Origin: Desulfuromonadaceae bacterium
GTDB taxonomy: Bacteria > Desulfobacterota > Desulfuromonadia > Desulfuromonadales > JAHYIW01
Direction: 5' to 3'
NCBI GenBank assembly: GCA_019429445.1
Contig: JAHYIW010000002.1
Coordinates: forward strand, 37,964 to 101,963
Length of the DNA: 64,000 nucleotides
The notes under the pieces: generated by a model
The model's input: only the letters and a program-made list of their open reading frames with translations
The model's database searches: none
Told to the model about the DNA's origin: nothing
Translations under genes and position numbers: made by a program
Part shown: in pieces, positions 56,334-64,000 of the stretch
Layout: every line of letters begins with the position of its first letter
Position numbering within the stretch: the stretch's first letter is position 1

Positions 56334-57047
56334 TTAACGACACTGACTCATCCAAAACGGCATGAAGAGATAGTCGAGTTTGTCGAGGAAGGTTTTTAAT
56401 GCGTACGGCAGAATCTGCGCGTGAATGTCGAGCAGTACCAGGGCGTTCAAGGCCGAGTCCGTTTTTGTCGCGGCGCGCAGACGAGCGGCAACCGAGAGGT
56501 TGATCGTTTTAATCTCTTCATAAATTGCTTCAAGTCCGCTGAGGTCGAAGTCAGGTTCGTGTCCCTGGCGCTGGCGCAGATATTGTCCGAGAAGGTAGGT
56601 TCCGGTGGAACGGAAGAGCGTTTCTTCCTGGGTGGCAAAAGGGAGGTGAAAACGCGCCATCGGTCTGAAAAAATCCATATGTGGACAGCCGCTGGTAGCG
56701 AAGATCAGGCCCATCATGGCGCTGATTGCCATTTCTGCTTTGGTGTGAACCGATATCTTTCGTTCACTGGTGACGACTTCAACATCAACTTCGTCGTACG
56801 AAATCAGTTTATTGCAGGAGGGTAAAATCTGTACCAGATGTGCCGCCACTGGACAGATCGCTGAGGTTTGCGCATCAAGAGTACAGTTGGGGCATTGGTG
56901 AAAACCAAGCATGGTCCAGGAAGGCAGTGGCCTGGGCAGCTCATTGAGCAGGTTAAGCTGCTCCGCGTCAATGCAAAGCTCCACCGTTGTCGCAGAATGA
57001 TCCGGCAAGGTGAAATGATAAATGATCTCGAACGATGCAGCATTCAT
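56334..57047 (-). CDS. hypothetical protein (no family recognised)
   Basis: 237-aa ORF, co-oriented with lpxH and ending about 16-28 nt upstream of its start (depending on which lpxH start is used). Coding-like composition. Contains CPNC...C...C. No motif I can assign. Confidence 0.5.
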   Translation of the reverse strand: MNAASFEIIYHFTLPDHSATTVELCIDAEQLNLLNELPRPLPSWTMLGFHQCPNCTLDAQTSAICPVAAHLVQILPSCNKLISYDEVDVEVVTSERKISVHTKAEMAISAMMGLIFATSGCPHMDFFRPMARFHLPFATQEETLFRSTGTYLLGQYLRQRQGHEPDFDLSGLEAIYEEIKTINLSVAARLRAATKTDSALNALVLLDIHAQILPYALKTFLDKLDYLFMPFWMSQCR

Positions 57048-57232
57048 AGCTGTCTCCGCGGTGCAAGAACGTGTAATTTTAATCGGCTGATCAGCACTTT
57101 AACCTAGCTTCGTCCCCTCGTCAAGATTGGTGAGAGGGGGAAGAACAGAAACGAATCGGTAGACAAAACGGGTGCTGCGCGATATTCTGCAATACTTGTT
57201 TGTTTCTACTTTGCCAGGAAGGGACCGACGGT

Positions 57233-60200
57233 ATGAATGCGGCGGCCATCATCTACTCTTCACGTCGAATGATTTTGCTCCTGCTTTATCTTGTGTGCAC
57301 GGCTTTTCCCGTCTTTGCCGGGCATCATGGTGAGGTGAACGTTCTGCTCTTGCATTCGTACCATGCGGAGCTGCAATGGACTGCCGATATTGAGACGGGG
57401 TTCCGCAAGGCGTTTGCCGCTGCGGGGCAGGCGGTTAACTTGCACACCGAATTCCTTGACGCCAAGCGCTTCCAGCTTGATCCGGAAATGCAATCCCATC
57501 TCGATCGTCTGTTGAGTTACAAACTGAATCAGCTGCAATTTGATCTGGTCATGCTCTCCGATAACGATGCCTTTAATTTTTCCCTCAATCATCGTTCCGA
57601 TCTGTTACGCGACAAGCCGATTGTTTTCTGTGGTGTCAACGGTTTTACCCCGCAGCTCATTGCCGGTGTCAGCGCTATAACCGGGGTTGCGGAATCTCCG
57701 CAGGCCGCAGCCACGCTGGCGCTGGCCCAGGGCTTTCATCCTGATCTGGAAGAAGTGATTGTGATCGGCAGTGAAAAGAGCGTCACCGGTCGCTTGAATT
57801 ATGCCCTGTTTCTGGAGTTGGCACCGGATTTCCCCGCGCTGCGCTTCAGCTACTGGAACGACCTGCCGCTGGAAATTTTGCGTGAGCGTCTCGCCACGCT
57901 GGGGGGGGGACGGATTCTTTATCTCAATAGTGTGATCAGTGATCGTTCCGGTCGCATTTACTCCTTTGAAGAGACCGCCGATCATCTGCGCGATGCAACA
58001 CTTCTTCCGCTCTACGGCTCGTGGGATTTTTTTCTCGGGCATGGCATTGTTGGTGGCAAGCTGATCAATGGTGAAGCACAGGGGAAGATGGCGGCACAAC
58101 AGGCCATTGAAATTTTACGCGGTGCCCGGCCTGAGGATTTACCGGTAATTTACGCCGAGGGGGCCCGCTATCTTTTTGATGATCGTGAGTTACGGCGGTT
58201 TAATATTTCGGCATCGTTGTTGCCGAAGGGAAGCGAGGTGCGCTTTGGTCCGTCCTCAATCTATAAAATCGATAAAAAATATCTGTTAGCTTCTACTGTT
58301 GCATTTACCATTCTGGCGACGACGACCATTCTCCTCGTCTTGAATATCCTCTATCGACGACGCTCGGAGAAGGCCTTGCGTTCGAGCCAGAGCTTGTTGA
58401 AATCATTTTGTGATGCGTTGCCGGATCTGGCGTTCATTGTCGATGAGCACGGCACTATTGTGACGGTTTTATCTGTTAATAGCGAACTGTCATACGTCAA
58501 CATTGGTGAAATTACGGGGCGTTCCCTGACGGAGATTTTCCCCCCGTTTATGGCGGCTCTTTTCCAAAGCAAGCTGGATGATGCGCTGAACGCTGCAGGT
58601 TTAATCGTGTTTGAATACCCTTTGACCGTTCCGGCGGGTGAAAAATATTTTGAGGCGCGAATCATGCCGATGCCTGAAATCAAGGAGCAGGCGCGCATGC
58701 TGGTCTGGATTGCGCGGGATATTACCGAGCGGCGTGAGTCGGAGGTTCGTCTTGAAGAACGGGCACGTTTGGCCGACCTGGAAGCGGAAATTGGTATCGC
58801 ACTGGCCGAAGGAAGAATCATGGAAACAACGTTCGATCGATGCTGCGCCGCGCTTATTGATTACTCCGGCGCGGTTTTCGGACGTTTCTGGGATTTTAAT
58901 GCTACTGATAATGACTTGCAGCTCAGGTGCAGTGTCGGGCATTCACGTTATCTTGACGGAGCCCCAGCGCGACTTTCCGTTGATCAGTTGAAAATCGACG
59001 ACGTCATCAAGGGCCAACGCCCTTACTTGACGAACGCTGCAATGAGTGATGCGTTGATCAGCGATCCCGACTGGATACGGGAGCAGGGGATCGTTGCTTA
59101 CGCCGGGTTTCCGCTTTTGGTAAAAGGGGAGCTGGTGGGTGCGGTTGCCCTGTTTTTCAGCGAGAAGGTGAGCAAGTCTACCTTTGAGGTGATTGGGTCA
59201 GTGATGAATAAACTGGCGATCGGACTGGCACGTTTCCATACCGAGGCGCAATTGCTGGTAGCGCTCAACGATGTCAGTCAATCGCGTGAGCGGCTCGATA
59301 CCATTCTGCGTTCAGTCGCGGATGGCCTGATCGTTACCGATACCACCAATCATGTGGTCATGATTAACCGCGCGGCTGAGCGGTTAATCGGGGCGATGTC
59401 CAGCGAAGTTGTCGGCCAATCGATTGAAACGGTGCTGAGTGATACCAGTATACTGGGTGGTTTGACTTCGGTTTTGCTTGGAGAGAAGCCGTTTTTGACG
59501 ATAGTTGTTGAGATGGAAGGGGGTGAGCGCGATGAAGCCTGTTTGGTTGAGGCGCGTATCGCACCAGTGCGGAGAAAATCCGGAAATTATTCCGGAGCAG
59601 TGACAATTTTGCGTGACGTGACGCGCGAACGCGAGATTGATCGCATGAAGAGCGAGTTCGTTTCGATTGCTGCTCACGAGTTACGCACCCCGCTGACAAC
59701 GGTGCTCGGCTATGCTGAACTGTTGCTCAATGAAGCGGATACAGACGGTTTTGATCGTGAACAAAAACGCGAATTTCTGGGTTACATCTATGATAAGGGT
59801 GAAATTTTAAAACGGATTATCGATGACATGCTCGACCTCGGACGGATTGAGTCTCGCCGCCCGATTATCCTTGAAAAATCCGATTGTGAAATGGTCCAGC
59901 TGATGCGCAGTACGCTGGAACATTTACGTAAGGAAAATCCCCGTTATCGTTTTGCAATGGATTGTCATAGCGACGGGTTGGTGATCAATATCGATCAGCA
60001 GAAAATCAGTCAGGTGTTCGATAACGTGCTCAGCAATGCCGTCAAATACTCTCCCGCCGGTGGTCTGATCAACGTGGTCGGCAAGGTTGAGGGAGAGGTG
60101 TTGCTTATTTCGGTCACCGATCAGGGCATCGGTATGACGGCAGGGCAGATGGCGCGTGCATTCGAAAAGTTTTATCGGGCGGACAGCAGTGATACGGCGG

Positions 60201-60325
60201 TCGGGGGGTTAGGACTCGGATTGAGTATCTGTAAAAATATTGTTGAGGCACACGGCGGCAAGATCTGGATGGAGAGTGCTCCCGGCGAGGGCACGACGGT
60301 GCATTTTTCCTTGCCACTCACATAA
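57233..60325 (+). CDS. multidomain sensor histidine kinase (periplasmic SBP-like domain, TM, PAS, GAF, PAS, HisKA, HATPase)
   Basis: N-terminal signal/TM. VLLLHSYHAELQWT is typical of ABC-substrate-binding-like sensor domains. HisKA H-box SIAAHELRTPL. HATPase boxes NAVKYS, DQGIGM and GGLGLGLSI. Confidence 0.88.
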   Translation: MNAAAIIYSSRRMILLLLYLVCTAFPVFAGHHGEVNVLLLHSYHAELQWTADIETGFRKAFAAAGQAVNLHTEFLDAKRFQLDPEMQSHLDRLLSYKLNQLQFDLVMLSDNDAFNFSLNHRSDLLRDKPIVFCGVNGFTPQLIAGVSAITGVAESPQAAATLALAQGFHPDLEEVIVIGSEKSVTGRLNYALFLELAPDFPALRFSYWNDLPLEILRERLATLGGGRILYLNSVISDRSGRIYSFEETADHLRDATLLPLYGSWDFFLGHGIVGGKLINGEAQGKMAAQQAIEILRGARPEDLPVIYAEGARYLFDDRELRRFNISASLLPKGSEVRFGPSSIYKIDKKYLLASTVAFTILATTTILLVLNILYRRRSEKALRSSQSLLKSFCDALPDLAFIVDEHGTIVTVLSVNSELSYVNIGEITGRSLTEIFPPFMAALFQSKLDDALNAAGLIVFEYPLTVPAGEKYFEARIMPMPEIKEQARMLVWIARDITERRESEVRLEERARLADLEAEIGIALAEGRIMETTFDRCCAALIDYSGAVFGRFWDFNATDNDLQLRCSVGHSRYLDGAPARLSVDQLKIDDVIKGQRPYLTNAAMSDALISDPDWIREQGIVAYAGFPLLVKGELVGAVALFFSEKVSKSTFEVIGSVMNKLAIGLARFHTEAQLLVALNDVSQSRERLDTILRSVADGLIVTDTTNHVVMINRAAERLIGAMSSEVVGQSIETVLSDTSILGGLTSVLLGEKPFLTIVVEMEGGERDEACLVEARIAPVRRKSGNYSGAVTILRDVTREREIDRMKSEFVSIAAHELRTPLTTVLGYAELLLNEADTDGFDREQKREFLGYIYDKGEILKRIIDDMLDLGRIESRRPIILEKSDCEMVQLMRSTLEHLRKENPRYRFAMDCHSDGLVINIDQQKISQVFDNVLSNAVKYSPAGGLINVVGKVEGEVLLISVTDQGIGMTAGQMARAFEKFYRADSSDTAVGGLGLGLSICKNIVEAHGGKIWMESAPGEGTTVHFSLPLT

Positions 60326-60361
60326 CTCAGCGGGATTCCCCCTGTCAAATGGATCAATCGT

Positions 60362-60407
60362 ACCATCAAACGGGCGGATGACTTTAATCATCCGCCCGTT
60401 TGATGGT
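60362..60407. terminator. bidirectional terminator hairpin (perfect 20-bp stem)
   Basis: accatcaaacgggcggatga-ctttaa-tcatccgcccgtttgatggt, between convergent genes. Confidence 0.7.
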
Positions 60408-60426
60408 TTGCGTCTTGCTGTGAAGA

Positions 60427-60855
60427 TCAGCTGATAGCGACCAACTCCAGGTCGAAGGTCAGGTCTTTCCCCGCCAACGGGTGATTGGCGTCAATGGTGA
60501 TGGTCTTGTCATCCATTTCAGTGACCGTGACGATCAGCGGTTCGCCTGCTTCCTGCATCATCTGTAATTGCATTCCCAGTTCAGGGGTCAGATCTTCAGG
60601 CAGTTGTTCACGGTCAACCTGCGCGATCAGTTGATCCATCAGCGGACCGTAGGCGTCTTCCGCGGCAATGGTGACGGTCTTTTTTCCATTGATTGACATA
60701 CCGATCACCGCTTTTTCAAAACCGGGGATAACTTGTTGTTCACCGATCCTGAATTCAAGTGGGTCACGGTCCCTGGATGAGTCGAACAGCTCGCCATCGC
60801 TCAAAGTGCCCTGATAATGAATTTTGACGGAATCCCCTTGTTTAGCATAGGTCAT
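60427..60855 (-). CDS. FKBP-type peptidyl-prolyl cis-trans isomerase (SlyD-like, no His-rich tail)
   Basis: V.IHY.GTL.DG..FDSS.....PLEF..G..Q.IPGFE.A..GM plus an inserted IF-like segment. Confidence 0.88.
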   Translation of the reverse strand: MTYAKQGDSVKIHYQGTLSDGELFDSSRDRDPLEFRIGEQQVIPGFEKAVIGMSINGKKTVTIAAEDAYGPLMDQLIAQVDREQLPEDLTPELGMQLQMMQEAGEPLIVTVTEMDDKTITIDANHPLAGKDLTFDLELVAIS

Positions 60856-61008
60856 GTTTTCTTCTTTCTTTCAAGGTTGTTGGATCACACCGGAGCAGCC
60901 ACACCTCGCTCATGGCTGAGGCGGTCAGGAACAGCCGGCGGTGGAGAGGAATGGGGACTATAACGTTTTTTCGTCATTTGTAAAATTCAGGCCCGCAGCC
61001 CCAACAGT

Positions 61009-61824
61009 TTACGTCTGATTCCCGTCGATCCGTGGCTGTTGCGGATCAGGGCGCAATTGTTTGGCGTGCGTGAAGTACCCTCGATAACCGAGCAGGACGA
61101 TAAGCAACGAGGTCACGCCAACGCTGCCGACAATGGCACACATGATCACGATCTGGTAGCGGACCGCAATCATCGGTTCAATGCCCGAAAGAATCTGCCC
61201 GGTCATCATCCCCGGCATAGCGACGATCCCCATCGCTGCCATGGTGTTGGTCGAAGGGATCAGCGCGGCGCGAAACGCCTCACGGATCGCTTCACGGCAG
61301 GCGCGTCGGGGCGTGGCACCAAGACACAGCCAGCACTCGATTTCTTCCCGGCGGTTGCGAATTTCACTCGCCAGTCGTTCGGCGGCAAGGCTGGCAGCGT
61401 TCATGGTGTTGCCGATAATCATTCCGGCCAGCGGGATCAGGTATTGGGGGTCATACCAGGGGGTAAAGCCGACGATCGCGATGCAGAGGATAAAGGTTAC
61501 CGCGCCGCAGCCGACCAGCAAAGAACCACCGATAATGCGATAAAAACGCGGCATGCGATCTTTGACCCGCTCGCCGATGACTTGCATGGCAAAGCCGAGC
61601 ATCACCAGCAGGATGAGCAGGATCGCACCGGGATGGGGGATGGCGAAGACCAGATGAAGGACATAACCGACCGCCAGCAATTGGGCGACCATGCGAAATG
61701 ATGCCCAGAGCAGTTGACGTTCACGACCGATACGTTGCCAGCGTGACAGGGCGAGGCTGACCAGAATCAGGGTATAGGCCAGTGCAAGGTCAGAGAGACT
61801 GAGATCGACGATGGCATTATTCAT
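61009..61824 (-). CDS. fetB: ABC transporter permease, FetB/YbbM (UPF0014) family
   Basis: Multi-TM protein with the YbbM-like pattern (R...Q...VGY.L..F....). Overlaps the ATPase gene. Confidence 0.75.
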   Translation of the reverse strand: MNNAIVDLSLSDLALAYTLILVSLALSRWQRIGRERQLLWASFRMVAQLLAVGYVLHLVFAIPHPGAILLILLVMLGFAMQVIGERVKDRMPRFYRIIGGSLLVGCGAVTFILCIAIVGFTPWYDPQYLIPLAGMIIGNTMNAASLAAERLASEIRNRREEIECWLCLGATPRRACREAIREAFRAALIPSTNTMAAMGIVAMPGMMTGQILSGIEPMIAVRYQIVIMCAIVGSVGVTSLLIVLLGYRGYFTHAKQLRPDPQQPRIDGNQT

Positions 61825-62554
61825 CGGCGACCTTCACTGTTGCGGGCTCGGCCAGAAAGTCGCGAAGCGCGACGCTTCGCGGATGGTTCAGTAATCGCGT
61901 TGGCGGCCCGGTTTCAATCAGCTTGCCGTTTTCAAGATAGAGTAGTTGCGTGGCGACACGTTCACACAGCCGCAGGTCGTGACTGATCATCACGACCGTC
62001 AGGCCGCTCTCGATCAGCAGATTCGCAAGGCGATCCGCCGTGCGCCGGTCGAGGGCGCCGGTCGGTTCGTCGAGGAGCAGCACCTGTGGTTCAAGGAGCA
62101 GGGTTCGGGCGAGGGCGACACGTTGCTGTTGGCCGATTGAGAGAGTCTGGGCAATTTGCCCGAGCAGCTCCGGTTCGAGCTGGCAGCGACGGAGAAGCTC
62201 GCCTTGTTGCGTGTCGGTCTTTTGCGGCCGTCCGTGCAGGGCCAGGGGAATCCGCAGGTTGTCGCGGACAGTGCCGGGAAACATCAGCGGTTTTTGCGGC
62301 AGCAGGGAGACGGTGCGGCGCAGCAGCAGCGGGTCGATGGTGGTGATATCTTGTTCGTCGAGAAATATTTTTCCGGAGGTCGGATCGTCGAGACGGTTAA
62401 GCAGGCGCAGCAGGGTGGTCTTCCCCCCTCCGGACGGACCGATCAGAGCGCTAATGGTGCCGCTTGGGATGCTCGCGGAAATATCGTCGAGAACGACCTT
62501 CAAGCCGTAAGGCAGGGGGCAGGTTTTAGAGATATTTGTAAAACGCAGGGTCAT
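61817..62554 (-). CDS. fetA: ABC transporter ATP-binding protein, FetA/YbbL-like
   Basis: Walker A GPSGGGKTT, signature LSIGQQQR, Walker B LLLDEPT. Confidence 0.85.
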   Translation of the reverse strand: MTLRFTNISKTCPLPYGLKVVLDDISASIPSGTISALIGPSGGGKTTLLRLLNRLDDPTSGKIFLDEQDITTIDPLLLRRTVSLLPQKPLMFPGTVRDNLRIPLALHGRPQKTDTQQGELLRRCQLEPELLGQIAQTLSIGQQQRVALARTLLLEPQVLLLDEPTGALDRRTADRLANLLIESGLTVVMISHDLRLCERVATQLLYLENGKLIETGPPTRLLNHPRSVALRDFLAEPATVKVADE

Positions 62555-63309
62555 GTCAGCGGCTTATGATCTTTGTGACTGAAACGTTCTCCGTTTTCTC
62601 GCAACCGCCGTATCACCTGTTTCATGTCCTCCCAAACCTCACGCTTGGATGAGGGATTGCGCAGCAGGTACGCCGGATGAAAAGTTGGCATTAGTGGAAT
62701 CCCTGCGTACTCCTCCCAATGTCCGCGTAACTGGCTGATCGGGATCGTCTTACGCAACAAACTCTGGGCGGCAAATTTCCCCAGTGCAACAATCATCTCT
62801 GGTTGAATTGCAGCCAGTTGCCGGCGCAGAAATACTTCACACGTCGCGATTTCTTCAGGGTGTGGATCGCGATTGCCGGGGGGGCGGCACTTGACGACAT
62901 TGCAGATGTAGACCTCCGCCCGACTCAGGCCGATGGCGGCAATGATGCGGTCAAGGAGCTGCCCCGCTTCACCGACAAACGGTTCGCCACGTTGATCCTC
63001 TTCGCGCCCCGGGCCCTCGCCGACAAAAACCAGCCGCGCATTCGGGTCGCCGACGCCAAAGACCAGTCTGGTGCGTTTTTCACAGAGCGGACAACGTTGA
63101 CAATCTCCGAGCTCAACGGTAATTTCTTCAAGCGTTTCTTGCCGACAAGGGACGCCGTTGTGAGAGATGGATTCTCCCGGTGGGCAAGGGGCTGGTTCGC
63201 GTGGTGCGGAAGCGATAAACTCAGTGACCCCGTAATCATGTAACTGGGTCAAGAGCGCACGCGCCGCGCCGACCGCTTCATACATGTCGTTGCTGATTTG
63301 ATCGGGCAT
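62551..63309 (-). CDS. family 4 uracil-DNA glycosylase with N-terminal extension
   Basis: C..C.LC, GEGPGREED..G.PFVG.AG.LL and HP..LLR motifs. Confidence 0.88.
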   Translation of the reverse strand: MPDQISNDMYEAVGAARALLTQLHDYGVTEFIASAPREPAPCPPGESISHNGVPCRQETLEEITVELGDCQRCPLCEKRTRLVFGVGDPNARLVFVGEGPGREEDQRGEPFVGEAGQLLDRIIAAIGLSRAEVYICNVVKCRPPGNRDPHPEEIATCEVFLRRQLAAIQPEMIVALGKFAAQSLLRKTIPISQLRGHWEEYAGIPLMPTFHPAYLLRNPSSKREVWEDMKQVIRRLRENGERFSHKDHKPLT

Positions 63310-63532
63310 GGTCCTTTACAACTCCCGTGTGCTGAACTATTCTCTAAGGAGCTGCAAACAAATAACATGGGCATCTTGCATCTCATCTTCAGGCCATCTT
63401 TAGCCGAACTTCAATCGTCAAATCCTCGACGTAACCCTGCTACGTCTGTGGTTTGGCTCAATCAGTGCGGCCAAATCTGACCTGAATCTGAGCGCAATCT
63501 TGAACCATATTATTCATTTACAACGCCTGAGC

Positions 63533-64000
63533 ATGAAAGGTAACGTGCTGAAAATATTATTTATCCTCGTTTTACTGCTATTGTCTCCCGACTGCGTCTG
63601 GGCCTGGGGGGTCGGTGCGCACTTGCAGTTCGGCGCGGAAATTCTCGGTGCCTTGGATGCCCTGCCTGAGGCGACGGCGGCGTTGTTGCGTGCCTGGCCG
63701 CACGATTTTCTCTATGGCTGTATCAGCGCCGATATCACCCTTGCCAAAAAATATACCCATCATTCGAAGCATTGTCATTCGTGGCGGATGGGAAGAAAAA
63801 TTCTTGCTGCTGCGAAAAACGATGCGCAACGCGCTTGTGGCTACGGTTACCTGGCTCACCTGGCCGCCGATTCGGTTGCTCATTGCTACTTTGTGCCGTA
63901 CAAACTGGTGCGGACGTACAACACCGTTATCCATCGTCACGCTTATTGGGAAATGCGCTTTGAAAGTCGGGTTCCTGCAGCAATCTGGGAGCTGGCACGC
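63533..64000 (+). CDS. zinc-dependent phospholipase C-like family protein (3' end beyond window)
   Basis: Hand-read frame (absent from the track because there is no stop in the window): signal peptide, then WGVGAHLQFG...D...HLAADSVAH. This resembles the N-terminal Trp/His zinc ligands of the PLC-like fold. The frame stays open to the window edge. Confidence 0.55.
   Translation, partial: MKGNVLKILFILVLLLLSPDCVWAWGVGAHLQFGAEILGALDALPEATAALLRAWPHDFLYGCISADITLAKKYTHHSKHCHSWRMGRKILAAAKNDAQRACGYGYLAHLAADSVAHCYFVPYKLVRTYNTVIHRHAYWEMRFESRVPAAIWELAR

Overview
This window looks like a core chromosomal segment from a Desulfuromonadales-like deltaproteobacterium (Geobacter/Desulfuromonas/Pelobacter type). 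That assignment is an inference from gene content and gene order. I support about 70 protein genes and found no rRNA, tRNA or CRISPR array.

Housekeeping blocks:
- rpmB-purN-purM and coaD/rsmD
- scpAB-rluB-pgi
- rpsB-tsf-pyrH-frr-uppS-cdsA-dxr-rseP-tsaB
- ilvD-ilvBN-ilvC-psd-pssA
- a T-box leader followed by leuACD
- aguBA, nhaA, two hsp20 genes, pfkA, an M16 peptidase pair, lpxH, fetAB and udg

Accessory or unusual parts:
1. An AT-rich single-gene island sits between rsmD and coaD (5.4-7.2 kb). It encodes an exported HEAT-repeat/caspase-fold protein.
2. A minus-strand locus spans 8.0-17.3 kb. A histidine kinase and a sigma-54 activator lie upstream of a sigma-54-type promoter. That promoter precedes two paralogous mini membrane proteins, an Asp-less receiver, a third mini-protein and a pentahaem cytochrome/FeS/NrfD complex. 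A kinase-less paralogue of the kinase's own periplasmic sensor and a small membrane protein complete the locus. I consider this the best candidate for an undescribed system.
3. Two copies of a 161-bp TA-flanked MITE lie at 7845-8005 and 50191-50351.
4. A second MITE-like hairpin element is bracketed by a 10-bp direct repeat (4585-4750).
5. A 1.2-kb non-coding repeat region (45.36-46.59 kb) contains a composite palindromic tandem repeat, two 180-bp repeats and an IS200/RAYT-like transposase remnant.

Two further observations: cdsA has no canonical start codon for its conserved N-terminus (probable ATT start), and a 54-aa ferredoxin gene is missing from the ORF track.

All protein calls rest on motif recognition by eye. 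No database search was run.
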